From Octopus sinensis (taxonomy: Eukaryota), in contig NC_043004.1 in the NCBI RefSeq assembly GCF_006345805.1, positions 78,988,001 to 79,052,000 of the forward strand: a DNA stretch of 64,000 nucleotides, in the 5' to 3' direction. A program made the translations under genes and the position numbers. Shown here piece after piece: positions 14,551-29,804 of this stretch; position 1 is the first letter of the stretch, and each line of letters starts with the position of its first letter. The notes beneath the pieces were generated by a model. It was not told where the DNA came from. It did no database searches and saw only the letters and a program-made list of their open reading frames with translations.

Positions 14551-15182
14551 GAAATGAAATGAAATTAGTAGATCGTTGTCCCTTAACGAAGTGCAATGAC
14601 TTTACTATTCCTGTTTAAAAACTCTCAAAATCGTACATCTCCTTTACCATAAAATGCTGAGCTCGAAATAATTAGATTTAATTTATATTTTATGTACGGT
14701 GATCAATCGAACTTTTGATTCTGGTGGGAAGATAAACACAAACAAAAAAACAGTGTTTTAAATCAGAGTACTAGTTGTTGCAAATAAACCCTGAAACGAG
14801 TATCAAAGACCAAGAGGTAAACTTCTGGTTAGTCGAGACATGGCGCTTGTGCGAAGCCATGATATTTAATTTATATCACTAAAGATATCAACATCACACT
14901 TCCTGTTTCCTTCGCCTCAAAACTACGGTATCTACATACCAACTCAAAAGACGTAAAAATATGTTATCAAAGATTACGTCTTCCTGGTTTCTTGCAGACA
15001 TTTGTGCCTTTATTAACGTTAGCGACTGCAATCGATATATTCTTTGGCCGTCATCAAATATATGTATGTACGAATGTATGTATGTATGTATGTATGTATG
15101 TATGTATGTATGTATGTATGTATGTATGCATGCATGTATGTATATGTGTGTATGTGTATGTGTGCGTGTGTGTGTTTGTGTG

Positions 15183-15455
15183 AAGGCGCGTGGCCATGTG
15201 GTCAAGGTGTTACACTCACGATCTCTGTAACATTGGTTCGATTCCAGGACCTAGAGTTGCGTTGTGTTCTTGAGCAAAATACTCAGCTGTAAAAGGGTAA
15301 CCTTGCGTCGAACTAACTTTCCGATCAGGGTGAATGTTTTCTTGCTCGCCGAGACAGCCGGGTGGCGTCATTCGAAAGCTAAGACGATACGAAGTGCATT
15401 GTGACCAGCGATGTAATCCAACAACATCCTATAATCTAGTCGATTGCATGATCAC
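15183..15455 (+). mobile_element. tRNA-derived CORE-like SINE
   Basis: gaaggcgcgtggccatgtgg..ggttcgattcc..ttgtgttcttgagcaaaa. Confidence 0.7.
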
Positions 15456-17434
15456 GTTCTGTACGAATGTATGTATGTATGTATGTATGTATGTATGTAT
15501 GTATGTATGTATGTTTTTTTAGTTTATGGTTAAACTCAGGGTGAAATTCTGCTAGGTTTTGTGATTTGCAATCATAATTATTCAATTACATTCTACTTCA
15601 AGTGATTTTTAACTGTAAAAATTTCTTGCGGAGACACAAGATCTCATATTAGTAAAAGAGATAAAATACGAGACTTGAAGTAAATAGGATAGACTCACCA
15701 ACACTTAGTATCAACTCAAACGTTTGTACTAGTATACCATAAATATGAGTTCGTTGAAGTTATGTGTTAATGTCCAACCTAAAACTGTTCAGTTAAAAAT
15801 ATGTCAAACTTCAACGAGAAATCCCATTTTTCTTTCCTTTGTGTTTTTTTCTGATGTTATGTTGTTTATTAATCAGCCGACGACACACATTATTTCTATG
15901 ACGCAGGCATGTATGATATCATGCGAAATGTTGTTTGTGTGATCAACCAAGCATGAGTTTTTTTAATTTATTCCACCAGCATGTAAAATATAACACATAC
16001 AGGCTGTTGATAGGAGTCAGACAATTGACGGTTGTAGAAACCATGGTGTTGGCGAAGATGGGTGTTACTTTCTGTTAATGCTGGTGTGTTCGTTGTTAAA
16101 CATGTTATTACAGAAATGGCAGAAGCAACAATGATAGTGTGGGGGATGTGCAGGAGTGATATGAGTGATCACAAGAAGTGGCTTTTGAAATATGGCTTTT
16201 GAAATATTTTAGACTTCAAACAGTAAACGCCTTATAAGAACTAAAATATGCAATACAGATGGAACTTAAAATACATAGGTCTACCATGAAAATCTTCTCT
16301 TCGTCTTTTTGCTTACGCTTTGTCAACTGAGTTTAAATGGAGAAAATTAATAAAGAACTGCTCTGGGTTCTAAAAGATATGAAGAGTTTAAAGTTTCAAG
16401 GTTTATAAATTTATTTATTTCATGAAGCAATTTTGGAACAGTTGGCCAGTCTCTGTTTCACGTTATGTATTCTGTCCAGTGAAAAGAGAATGTCTAATTC
16501 GATGCCAGGGACTATGTCTGAAGAATATTTATATCTTTGGTTTCTCGCCGGTGTTTTGAAAAACCCTGAATAAATTATTAAATCCCCAAACATAATATGC
16601 ATTTTAGTCTCGTTCCTCTACAATTAAATCCTTGTAGAGTTTCGAAAGAACAAAACCCAGACGACCATATTTAAAAGTAGACTCGATTGTCTTCCATCAT
16701 TTGGCACTTTTGTGAAAAATGAAACCAACACTAAAGATTCCAAGAGTGATGAGTTGCCAGGAATTCTCTATAAATTTGATTCCTACATCATTTCGGTTAT
16801 AATTATTTCTGAGCTCAATTCTCATAGATATAGATAAGTAACAACAAAACATTTTAATCGATTCCATCTTTTATTTAAATCTCCAAAATAAGTTTACCTG
16901 AACCAAAGTGATGCTAATGGTTGCGGAGATTGCGTCAAATCGTGACCCAGTTTCAACACCAACTGACTTTGCGGAAGTATACTTTGTTACAAACATTCAT
17001 GCCTGGTTTCCGGTGTAGAGATGACTCTCTTACTTTCGTTCGTCAGTGCCGGAATCCATTAAAAACCTTATGGGTACACTTCTTCCTGCTCTCATTCGAT
17101 GATTGAAAAAAAAAGCTAAAGAAAAGAAACAGATTCATCAAATTTATATTCAGTTCGTTCTGAATGTAAAACAATAATATCGACCTTTATAACAGTTTCA
17201 TGTTAATTGATAGCGAGATTCGTTAATAAAATTTCCAAGACCAAATCTTATGTCTTTCTCTCTCTCTCTTCCCCTCCCTCTTTCTTTCTTCCCCTCTCTC
17301 TTTCTTTAGTTTCTCTTTTTACACACCCCTCAAATGTTCTTTCATCTTGTCTTTTGATAAACATTCTATCAATATATCACAAATAATTGTTTTATAGTTC
17401 TATCTTACAATGTTTTCCTTTGTATATTTTTCAG

Positions 17435-17567
17435 CATTCGATTTTATATCCACATATGAATTAGACACAAGAACAAATATCCCAGGTGTACATCAAACGC
17501 GGGGTAGCAACGCTCTACAGGTGGCTTATAAAATAACAGAAGGATCAAATTTACGTATTCCCACAAG
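17435..17567 (+). CDS. COL9A1-like: Collagen IX-like TSPN/NC4 exon B
   Basis: tttttcag acceptor and gtattt donor; phase 1-2. Encodes AFDFISTYELDTRTNIPGVHQTRGSNALQVAYKITEGSNLRIPT, compare COL9A1 GFDLISQFQV...GSATLQVAYKLGNNVDFRIPT. Confidence 0.93.
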
Positions 17568-18310
17568 GTATTTCTTTCTCACTTCGTATCACTGCTGAGT
17601 TCCGTGATATAAAACTCTCTATAAACGATATCGTTTCGTTCTATTAGTATTCACATTAGTCTGTTCCTTTTCAATATTTTCTGCCAAACATCATATCCGT
17701 TTGAGTGATGTTTCTCGCTTGGCTGATATAATTCAGTTAATGAAATAATCTATCTGTCAGTTAGTATGGAATTCAAGAACTGCCAATAATATCACATAAG
17801 AACTGCCATTTATTTTTCAATCACGAGTCCCTATTTCAGTAAAAAATGTGAAAGAGTTTCCGTGAAATAAAACCCTAACCCTAATGGCTGCATTTGTCCG
17901 ATATAATTTACTGTGTTTATGTGGAATTAGAAACAAAACTAAAATCTCAATCGGCAGAATATAACCAATTTTTATTTAAGCTCTGGTGTGATTACAATTT
18001 GGCTGAAAAGCTGACAATAGCGTATGAAAAAATTGCAATAACTTTTCACAAAATTGTATTCCATATCAGTTTTATACATATCTGTTTGCTTTCTCTCTCT
18101 CTCCCTTTTTCTCTCTTTCTCTCATTTTCTTTTTTTCTTCTGTCCTATAACAAAACTTCTTTCTTTCACAATATCTTTAATACTTCATCGTCTTACTTCT
18201 TCTTTACAAGATAACCTCCCTTGCTATTATTGTTCACGGATCAAATAACGATTTTACTATGATTTTTCTGCTAACTAACTGCTCTTTTTTATTATTCATT
18301 TTTTCTGCAG

Positions 18311-18533
18311 TGCCTTATTTCCAAAGGGATTACCAGAACAGTTCTCATTAATCAGCACTTTCATGATGAGAGGGCCAACACGGAAAGCTAGATGGAATTT
18401 ACTCAAAATCGTAGATCCAAATAATCGGCCGCAACTCGGCGTTAGACTAAACGGGGATACAAAAACAGTTGACTTTTACTACAAAAGTACAAACGGAAGA
18501 ATGGCAAAATTAACTTTCAATAGAGCGAAAAAG
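18311..18533 (+). CDS. COL9A1-like: Collagen IX-like TSPN/NC4 exon C
   Basis: ttttctgcag acceptor and gtaagg donor; phase 2-0. Encodes (S)ALFPKGLPEQFSLISTFMMRGPTRKARWNLLKIVDPNNRPQLGVRLNGDTKTVDFYYKSTNGRMAKLTFNRAKK, with the TSPN motif FPxGLPxxFS. Confidence 0.95.
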
Positions 18534-19512
18534 GTAAGGAAAAATCGAAACAGTGTCGAAACTATTTTCTTTGTTATTTTATATTGAAGAAATAACAGAC
18601 ATTTGTAAATATCCCGTGGTTTAATAAACGTATCACCAATGAAATCTCCTTGATTGTTGACGAGCCTAAGACAGTCAGCTAGAATTGGCAATCAACTTCT
18701 CTCCAAATTACGAGCTACCATATTTAATAACGAATATTGTTGCCGGGGGAAAATATTGGGTGGTCTTGGCAGGAGAGAATTTGGTAATAAATCTGGTTGT
18801 TGTTCAGAGCCAATCTAGTACTGAGCAACCAAAACAACAATAGCGACGTCAACGACAATATCAGCGACAACATAAAAGAACAATGACAACAACAACAACA
18901 ACAATAAAAAGCCTGGTGTCGAAGAATTGTATAAACTGTTGAAATATATGCAATGACTCGTAGCTTTCGTAAATATTAAGGAGCAGTCGCAGTGTTAACT
19001 CTTATTTACCATTATTTTTTCATTGTTGAGTAAAGAACCCCTGACCAGTTCGTTAATATTTTTCGCTTACAAACGTCATATCAATTACAACGCATTAAAC
19101 TATTTATATTGTTTTATAAGTAGCAAAGTTGTACAAAAATTTTCAGTTCTGTACAATAAGGTCAGATTGCGAACGAAGTTTATATCTAATATCATACGAC
19201 CCACATAACACTGTTTCAACAATGTCGACAATAAGTACAGTTATTATTAAACGTGCAACCGTTGGAGAATATGAGATGAAATGTTGGGACCGTGTTTTGT
19301 ACGTGAGCTTTAGCAACACGAGGACTTTTAATTAATCAGTTGGTAATTAAAACTGGATTAACAGCGCAGTTTGACACAAGTCAAGATAGTTTCCGAAAAT
19401 TTATCAAGAGAAGAATAGTGAAAATTCCTCCTCAACGGTGAATTCGTCTTGAATAAAATAATTGGTTTTCGAGGGATAGAGAAAATATCCAAGAAGGAAA
19501 GAAAGAAGGATG

Positions 19513-19591
<79 letters not shown>

Positions 19592-19623
19592 CAACTATAT
19601 ATATAATATATATGTATATATAC

Positions 19624-19668
<45 letters not shown>

Positions 19669-20094
19669 ATTATATATATATATATATGTGTGTGTGTATA
19701 TATATATAGTAAAGTAAATAAGAGGGCTAGCAGCAGGCTGCTTCGCCTCATACCGAAGGAATTAGAAATGGCAGTCAAAGACTGTTTTTTCCATTTTCTG
19801 TAAGTGGAGATTCCAAAAACGAAGGCCCGTGCAGCTCACATACACAAAACCGAAGTAGCAAATAGACGCAAACAGTCACTTACCGTTAATAACGAACATT
19901 TTTATTGCATTACCATGTGGATTCCTCATTCCATTACGATTACCCAGAAGGCGCGCATGGCAGAATTTTGGAGGGAAAATTTACGTTCCCAGTCGTTACT
20001 TAGTTTTAACATCTGCACACTTCCCCCCCCCCCCACTATCTGATGTCGCTGGGTCAGAAGTGAGGGCCTGTGGCATTTGGTAAATCTATCGAAT

Positions 20095-20158
20095 ATAGCG
20101 CCGATGAAGGAAATCAAACTACTTTTCTGAGTTTGTGATCCAGAAACATGTTCGTTAT
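20095..20158 (+). ncRNA. Hammerhead-like motif with one core mutation
   Basis: Stem I atagcg/cgttat; CCGATGA at 20101 (U4 to C); stem II gga..tcaaact/agtttg..tcc; GAAAC-AT-GTT at 20143-20152. Confidence 0.6.
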
Positions 20159-20455
20159 TAACGGTAAGTGACTGTTTGTGTCTATTTGCTACTCCGGTTT
20201 TGTGTATGTGAGCCGCACGGGCCTTCGTTTTTGGAATCTCCACTTACAGAAAATGGAAAAAACAGTCTTTGACTGCCATTTCTAATTCCTTCGGTATGAG
20301 GCGAAGCAGCCTGCTGCTAGCCCTCTTATTTACTTTACTATATACTGAACCTTACAAAGTTCCTGACGATGAATTTGTCGTATTTACATACCGAAATTTA
20401 CCGGTAATAATTGTTGGTTACATGAAAAACCACAGAAAAATTATTTACCATTTTT

Positions 20456-20505
<50 letters not shown>

Positions 20506-21788
20506 CAGAGAGAGAGAGAAACTGGGCGTAAAATACTTCTCCGAGCAACGAAAAGCGATTGAAAAACAAATCAAAGTCGGTGTAGTCATCTCATAACCTA
20601 AATAGTTATTTTACAAAGGTACACACAAACACACACGCACACACACACACACACACATACACACACACACACACACACACATACACACACACATTTCCTT
20701 ACTGCCTCTTGTGGGCAGTAAGGCAATAGGAACTGGGGTCGATCTAATCGACTGGCCCCCTCCCCAAAATTTCGGGCCTTGTGCCTAAAGTAGAAAAGAA
20801 TACTTGCACTCGTGATGAGCTTTGATCGGTTCTCATAAGATCAGGTTATAAAAGATACTTGAAGAGAACCGAATTGGTTTTGTGGCCAACATTCGATCTC
20901 AACAGAACTGAAAACGGTTCACTTTTAATCTCAGCGCCTGATTTTTTCGAAAGAATTCACTCATCCTGGTCGTTGTCATTTCTTGCTTACATTCCCAAAA
21001 CGCAAAGACATTTAATAGTTGAGGTAAGTTGGACTTAGCTGCCTTTCGTCCGCCTTTACATTCTAAGATCAAATTCCACCGAGGTCGACTTCACCTTTCA
21101 TCCTTTCGGAGTCCATAAACTAAGTACTAGTTAAACACTTAGTCCATGTATTTGACTTATTCACTCCCCCAAAATTGCTGGCCATGTACCAAAATTTGAA
21201 GCCAATCTACCCATTTAAGAAAAGAACAGCCTCAGCTTCCTTTCCAGTCAAACGTTTCGTTGTAACTTACCTCGTCAGTGTAGTACAATCTCCTGAAATT
21301 TTCAAATCAGTGGATTAGTTTTTAAATGCAGAAAAAGAGATATGCGTATGTTTTGTCGCACAGTAATTTGCATAAATAAGAATAAAATGAGCTGATGAAA
21401 AATAAATCAAGGTTAATGAAATGAATTTGGATAATTATTTAAAGAGTGATGTGTGGAATGCTATATGTAGTTAATTCTGAATTTATTGAAATTACAATCA
21501 ATGATGTAAATTAACTTCAAAGATTAATTGTTGATTTTATGAGATCATTTTTTCTCTCCGGCTTTGAGTTAAATTTCTACAACTTAAAAATTTATTACGC
21601 ATGGCATTCATTCGTCACATCTCACTTTAACTTAATCATCCAGATTCATGTCGTTGCCCTCTCTGAGTTCTTTCCCTTTGCTATATTATGTTTAATTATG
21701 CAAATTAACCAGAATTAAAAATATAAGCGACTCTTACTCCTAAACGTAGAAAATTATCAACTGAAATGCATGCCTGAGCACAATATAT

Positions 21789-21826
21789 TATGCTGATGAG
21801 TTCAAAAGTACTGAAACATGTCCTTA
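21789..21826 (+). ncRNA. Minimal hammerhead-like motif
   Basis: CTGATGA at 21793, short stem II, GAAAC-AT-GTC at 21813-21822 (palindromic ACATGT); stem I weak. Confidence 0.55.
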
Positions 21827-22974
21827 GCCGTCCCTTGCTGGCAAACAAAGATCACCTGACTCTTTCTCTAAGCATGTTTAATAAATTTAGCAATTAATTA
21901 CTTGAAATTAGTTTTCCTTATTTGGATGTGAAAACTATTTTCAATAACTTTATATTTTCTCACTTTATCTCGAGGAAAGTATCAATAAATAAAAATGATA
22001 TATATACATATGTGTGTGTGCGTGTATGTGTGTGTTATATGTATGAGTGTGCGCGTGTGTGTATATATTAATACTTGTTTTACGTAAAGCTATATTTAAA
22101 AATAGGTGAACATTAAGCTGAAGGATCACTCAGTTCTTTTTAGACAAGGACCATATTTATAAACTAATACAAGGAAAAGTTTGACAGTGACTCCGAAGTG
22201 TTGGTTTACTAGTTTTCATCAGACAGATGATTACTAAGTTAAAACTGTCGCCCTTTTCTTAATAATAATAATAATATATATGCGTGTATGAGAGTGGTGG
22301 TGGACGAGGACATGCATATACAATGAGCTTCTGCGCAGTTTATGAGTAAAAACTTTCGGAATTGAAACTGAAACCACATGGTGGCGAAACGAATCTTTTT
22401 AACATACGCAAATTCAAGCAGCTTAACCACATCCCACAATGCTGTAAAGCACTTTGTAACTTTCAAAATTCCCATAAACACGTTGGTCAACTTTACGCTA
22501 AGTTAGATTCTGTTATAATTTACCAATTGTCTTTGTGAGAGAAAGAACACATTTATATTTACCCAAGGAGGGACACAACTACTGTTTTATAATACAGGGT
22601 TTTGTTATTTAAAAATTATCTTGTAATGTCTATGTGGTTACGTAGATATAAGCAACGTTACACAGGAGCCTCTTTTTTTATAGTGTGAGTGGTTTTCCTA
22701 TAGTATCTATGAGTTGACTTTTGTTAATGGTGAGTAGGAGGCCTTTATCGGTTAGTCATACTAAAAGAATCTTTATTTACTTTAGATTTCAGTGGTGTAA
22801 AAGAAAAAAGTTATTAACTTGCTAGTCACGACCAAACAACAAAGAAGGTCAAAAACTATTGCACTTGCAACATAAAGTGTTCTTTTCTCTCCCACTCAAT
22901 AAATAAATTTACCAGTTTGTCAAATAAAAAAGAGTGATTCGCAATAGTTAACGGCATTTTACAGTGGTTTCCTT

Positions 22975-23222
22975 GAAGGTGCACAGCCAAGCGGTGAGGG
23001 CGTGGCACTCACGATCGCAAGAGCGTGATTTCAATGCTTAGACTGGGCGTTGTGTCCTTAAGCAAAAATTTCATTTTGCTTTGCTTCAATTCACCCGGCA
23101 GCAAAGGAGTAACCTAGCAACAGACGGACGTCCCATTCGAGATGGATACTGTCGTATTTATCACTTACGTGCCATGAAAACTGGGTAATCAGCCATATGA
23201 GTCACAAGACTCGATGACCTTA
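22975..23222 (+). mobile_element. Decayed tRNA-derived CORE-like SINE
   Basis: Diverged head plus ttgtgtccttaagcaaaa core. Confidence 0.6.
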
Positions 23223-23755
23223 AATAACCTTACAAATAATTCCGTCGGAGTGTGTGCTTGCTATTGAGTAGGGGTGCTAAACATTCGACCCATAGCTATG
23301 CTGAGTCTGATCCATAGCTCAGTTATATCTTTAAAAATCTTGTTTTCAGTTTTGAAATATGCTGCAAATATACATATCGTTCGCATCTTTTCAGTGTCTG
23401 AGCCAGACGAGAGTAATGATTGACGCTGATTCTGATTTGTTAACATATTGTACCTGGATAATTCCTTTGTTATTTCAATCAATGAAACGGAAACTTATAA
23501 ATCCATATATTAAAAAATGTGACCTATTTCACCTTCACTTTATCTATTCAGCCCGATCAAAGAGAGTTTGTTTCTTTTTAATTTGCATGTTCGTCCAAAT
23601 GGAGTGAGCAATTGTGAAAGATTTTGCAGCTGGAAAAGTTCTTTCTATCAAAAATTGATCTTTCAACAGCTGCGTGCATTCTTTTAGAGTTTCTAAATCC
23701 ATTCTCACTGTAAAGAATCTTAACTAATGTATCTATCTGTCTGTCTACTTGTCTA

Positions 23756-25125
<1,370 letters not shown>

Positions 25126-25272
25126 TATTGTATATTATTATTAATACTAGAGTCGATGTAATCGACTTAATACCTCCCCCCCCCAAGTTGTCCTTGTGGT
25201 AAAATTATTATTATTATTATTATTATCATTATTATTATTATCATTATTATCTTTATTATTATTATTATCATT

Positions 25273-25486
25273 AAGGCGACGGGTTGGCAGAACCGTTAGC
25301 ACACCGAGCAAAATGCTTTCAGACACTTCGCCTGTCTGCATGTTCTGAGCTCAAATTCCGCCTAGGTCAACTTTGCCTTTCATCCTTTCGGGGTTGATAA
25401 ATTAAGTGCCAGTGAAACACTGGGGTCGATGTAATCGACTAGTTCCCTCCCCCCAAATTTCAGGCCCTGTGCCTATAGTAGAAAGT
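25273..25486 (+). mobile_element. SINE (Meta-like core) between (TTA)n tracts
   Basis: aaggcgacgggttggcagaaccg..ctttgcctttcatcctttcgggg..gtgcctatagtagaaag. Confidence 0.85.
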
Positions 25487-26034
25487 ATTATTATTATTAT
25501 TTCGATTAGACGTAGCGATACTAACAACCCGGTGTTAGAACACATTATACATAAGCACCAGCAGAAAGGCGTAGATGAAGTACAGAGCACTAATAAGAAA
25601 TTAAAAGGACAAGTGAGTGGATGATTGTGTCATGAACCTCATTGGGTTTCACTATTTCTGCTATAGGATGCAATGCAATTAGAGTCAAGTGCTCCTGTAT
25701 CATTTTATAGCTTTGTCGCAAATTAGTTTTAATGAAAGCTAATTTTATTTGAAATTTTATCCTTAGCTGAAATATTTTAAATAAAATTTTTATTGTTCTG
25801 TACTTTACCAGATGTAATAAGATGTCCTGAACTTTTCCACGTGTAATTTTCCAGGTTTATAATCTTAAGGATATTATTTCTCTCGCTCGCATTTTTCCAT
25901 GAAATGTATGTATGTGTCTCTTCTATTTTTTAATTATTATAAATCTTCCACTGAGGAGGGAGCCGGTTTCCAACAGAGATACACGGCTCCATCTTTGGAA
26001 TGTATATGTATGTATGTATTATGTATGCGTATTT

Positions 26035-26395
26035 TGTGGCACGAGGGTTACAGTCAATCCGATCAACCGAACAGCCAGCTCTTGAAATTAACATGCAAGT
26101 GGCTGAGCACCCCACAGACATGTGTACCCTTAACGTTATTCTCGCGGAGATTCAGCGTGACGCAGAGTATGACAAGGCTGACCCTTTGAAATACAGGTAC
26201 AACAGAAACAAAAAGAAAGAGTGAGAGAAATTTGTGGTGAAAAAATACAGCAAAGTTCACCAGCAGCCCCTGCCGGAGCCTCGTGGGGATTTAGGTGTTT
26301 TCGCTCAATAAACACTCACAACGCCCGGTCTCGGAATCGAAACCGTGATCCTATGAGCGCGAGCCCACTGCCCTAACCACTGGGCCATTGCGTCA
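26035..26395 (-). mobile_element. tRNA-derived SINE (family shared with 3550-3920)
   Basis: ggaatcgaaacc B-box and cctaaccactgggccattgcg A-box on the minus strand; body gaaattaacatgcaagtggctgagcac shared with about 3670. Confidence 0.75.
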
Positions 26396-26857
26396 CCCCT
26401 TATGCGTATTTATTATTACACTGCCCATTGTTTCATTCCATTTCTAATGCTGAGTCTTGAAGCTGAAAGAGATTTGGTTGCTATTAATTATTAGTTGAGT
26501 AACAATGTAGACAAATGATCTCACGTTGCTCCTTCCTGTGCAGCGGGGTCTCTGACAAGAAAAGCCTATTAAAAATCACATGTATACAAGTCTATTAGTT
26601 TTGGGTAACTGCTATAGACACGATTTTATCAGTATGCTATCGCAGGGAGATTTCTTTTTCTATTGCATGTTACCGAAACTCCCGTAGCGTTTCACTGTTG
26701 ACATGTATACCATAGATTTGCTATCACTGCTCTAAAGAAAACATTTAAATTCTTTACTGGCTAAGGCAGATAATAAAATACCAAATCTACAGTGTTACCA
26801 ATAAGCATTTAAAAGTAAAAATAAAAGGTTCTATATTTAAGAAACGAGGAATTATGT

Positions 26858-26903
26858 AGCACAACGTTTCGATTAATATACCCTCCAGCCTTCTTCGGGT
26901 GTT
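26858..26903 (-). ncRNA. Degenerate hammerhead copy in the inverted 5' pLTR
   Basis: Reverse complement reads aacac-CCGAAGA-a-ggctg...taatc-GAAAC-gtt-gtgct; the core U4 position and stem II are mutated. Confidence 0.6.
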
Positions 26904-28930
26904 TTTGGAGGGAAATTTCCTAAGGTATTTTTCGATGTTGTTGTTATTATTATTATTATTCAGGTCACTGCCTGGAAGCGAACTCGGAATCTTGGGGTTA
27001 CTAGCCCACGCTCTTAACCACTACGCCATATGCCCGTGGGCAATTATGGAGTGGATTTTAGGGCTTATAAATCTAATATTCTCCTATCCTTCCTTAATAC
27101 CGGTTCACCAAACATCACTAACGATGAAACGTTCGCTAGCAAAAGACTACAGAGTGATAATTACATCATAATACTTCCAGCAGACAAGGGAAATGCTACA
27201 GTGGTGATTCGGAAAAACTGGCAAGTCTTATAAGTGATGGTAGCTACAGCAAAGTAAAGAAAGACCCTACTTCGAAAACAGAGAGGGCGTTGTCACAAAG
27301 CTTGATCAAGAAGAAGGATCACTTTACACCAATGAAGTACAGACAACTGACTCAACACTACCGTAAACTACCACACATATACAGTCTTCCTAAGATTCAC
27401 AAGGTTGGTATTCTATTAAGACCTATAGTGAGCTGTAGAGATTCAGCATGTCACCCACTGAGCCGATTCCTTGTGGATATAATCAGTCCATTAGCAGGAA
27501 AGTCAACATTGTATGTGAAGAATTCCACCCACTTCACAGAATTGATCAAGGATTCTCCCATTGAATCCAACCAGATGGTGAGTCTAGATGTGATAAGTCT
27601 GTTCACCAAAGTCCCAACTGGTGAAGCACTATCGGTGATTCAAGAAAAACTAGTGACAGACACCCATCTAAAAGTAGCACTAGTATACCAATAAGAAACT
27701 TGGTGGAAATTTTGACCTGTGTAGAAACTACCAACTTCAGTATGGACACTGATATATATCGACAAGAGGGATTAGCTATGAGTTCGCCATTATCACCGAT
27801 AAGAGCCAATATATATAGAATACTTTGAGAATTTGGCTTTAGGATCAGCATCACTAGAACCAACCCTATGTCTGCGATATGTTGATAACACCTTCATACT
27901 CTGGCCCTACAAGGAAGATGTTCAAGTGCTGTTAGATCATGTGAACTTAATAACGCCATCCATACAGTTCACCTTGGAAAAAGAAAAAGACAATCAGCAG
28001 CATTCCTAGACGTATTAATAATGCGTACCAAGTATGGATTCAGGACATCCTTATATCGCAAGCCGACCTTAACTGGACGATACCTCAACTTCAACTCCCG
28101 CCATCCATACAGTGTAAAGAGAGGGATTGCTCATTGCCTAAAACATCGAGCAATGAATATAAGTAGCGATCGTGATACCCACCACGAAGAAATGATCAAG
28201 CTCAGTAACAATCTATTAAGCAACAACTACCTCAAAAGCATACTCTCCATCCAATTAGGGAGAGAAGAGAAGATGAAACCGATAAACTGTCCACAGTCTG
28301 TCTACCCTATGTGAAAGGCCTCTTTGAAAAGATACAAAAATTATGCAGCCCATATGACATCAGGACACTATTCAAGAGTAATACAACACTTCGCAAATAT
28401 CTCCTTCGAGTAAAACCACCAATAGAAGAGAATATGACCAAAGACTGCGTGTACTCCATCCCATGCAGTTGTGGTAGGTTATACAAATGTGAAACATGCC
28501 GTCCCCTTAAAATAAGGGTAGAAGAATATCGCAAAGCTGTGACACGAAGAGATATTGATAAATCGGGTATAGCTGATCCTGTATGGAAAAATGGAAACCA
28601 CCATCGCCTGTGGGGTGAAGTTAAAATAATAGACAGAGAACACCACTGGAAAATACGAAAACTAAAAGAAGCAGCACATACGCTAGGACACAACAACCTC
28701 CTAAGCAGACCGGGAGCAGATATGAACAGCATATGGGAACCGGTATTAAGGAAGGATAGGAGGATATTGGATTTATAAGCCCTAAAATTCACTCCAAATT
28801 GGCCCAAGAGCATAGAGTATAGTGGTTAAGAGTGCGACCTACTAACCCAAAGATTTCGAGTTCGATTCCAGGCAGTGACCTGAATGATATTAATAATAAT
28901 AATACCATAGGCTTGAAATTTCCCCCAAAA

Positions 28931-28976
28931 AACACCTGATGAAGGCTGGAGGGTATATCAGCTGAAACGTTGTGTT
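28931..28976 (+). ncRNA. Minimal type I hammerhead ribozyme in the Penelope 3' pLTR
   Basis: Stem I aacac/gtgtt; CTGATGA at 28936; stem II ggctg/cagct; GAAAC at 28964; GTT cleavage triplet; palindromic stem III AACGTT. Confidence 0.8.
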
Positions 28977-29607
28977 AACAACAAACAAGATGAGGGCAAA
29001 TATCCGTCCATTGCAAATAATGTAAATAAAAATAAAAGGCATCATATGAAATAATTAATTTTTTTTAATAGATACATAGAACACAAACACACACACATAT
29101 ACACGCACACACATACACACACACACACACCCACACACACACACATATATATAGATATATAATATATAATATATATATATATATATTATATATGCGTCTA
29201 TATGTGTGTTATATATATATATATATATATATATAATGTCGCCATGATAGATCGGTAGCCACTACACACATTTATTTTCTCTCTTTGTTTCTCTCCTTGT
29301 TTTTTTCTGTCTCCCTTTCTGTAGAAGGGCGTAGGCTCGAAGCGTACAAGACTTTTTCAATTCCTGAGCGTTATACTAATCCATCTATTTGTTTTGTACA
29401 CCACCTGTCTTCGTCTTTTGCGTTTTTTTTTCGTGAACTCTCCCTCTCTCTCTCTATATATATATTTATATATATATATACACTGCTTACCAGCCAAATA
29501 GTTCCGGGTTCAGTCTACTATAGCCTCGGGCCGACCAAAATCTTGTGAGTGGATTTGGTAGACGGAAACTGAAAGAACCCCGTCGTATATATCTATCTAT
29601 ATATCTA

Positions 29608-29660
<53 letters not shown>

Positions 29661-29762
29661 CTATCTATATATATATATAGATATATATATATATATATAC
29701 ATACATGTATGTAATATGTATGTATGTATATATGTAATATATATATATATATATTATATGAA

Positions 29763-29804
<42 letters not shown>

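Larger units (their letters stand above)
26829..29026 (+). mobile_element. Penelope-like retroelement (PLE), 5'-truncated and frameshifted, with inverted pLTR
   Basis: RT motifs ILPADKGNATVV, YSLPKIHK..LRPIVS, MVSLDVISLFTKVP, GLAMSSPLSP, LRYVDNTF, YRKPT. Degenerate GIY-YIG region VYSIPCSCGRLYKCETCRPLKIRVEEY (28311-28778). About 26858-27106 is the reverse complement of about 28737-28976. Direct repeat taaaaataaaagg at 26816-26828 and 29027-29039 (TSD). Confidence 0.92.

Noticed and set aside
26963-27035. tRNA-Thr(AGT) gene
   Set aside because: The acceptor stem pairs poorly, and it lies inside a Penelope pLTR with a diverged twin at 28809-28880; treated as a tRNA-derived cassette.
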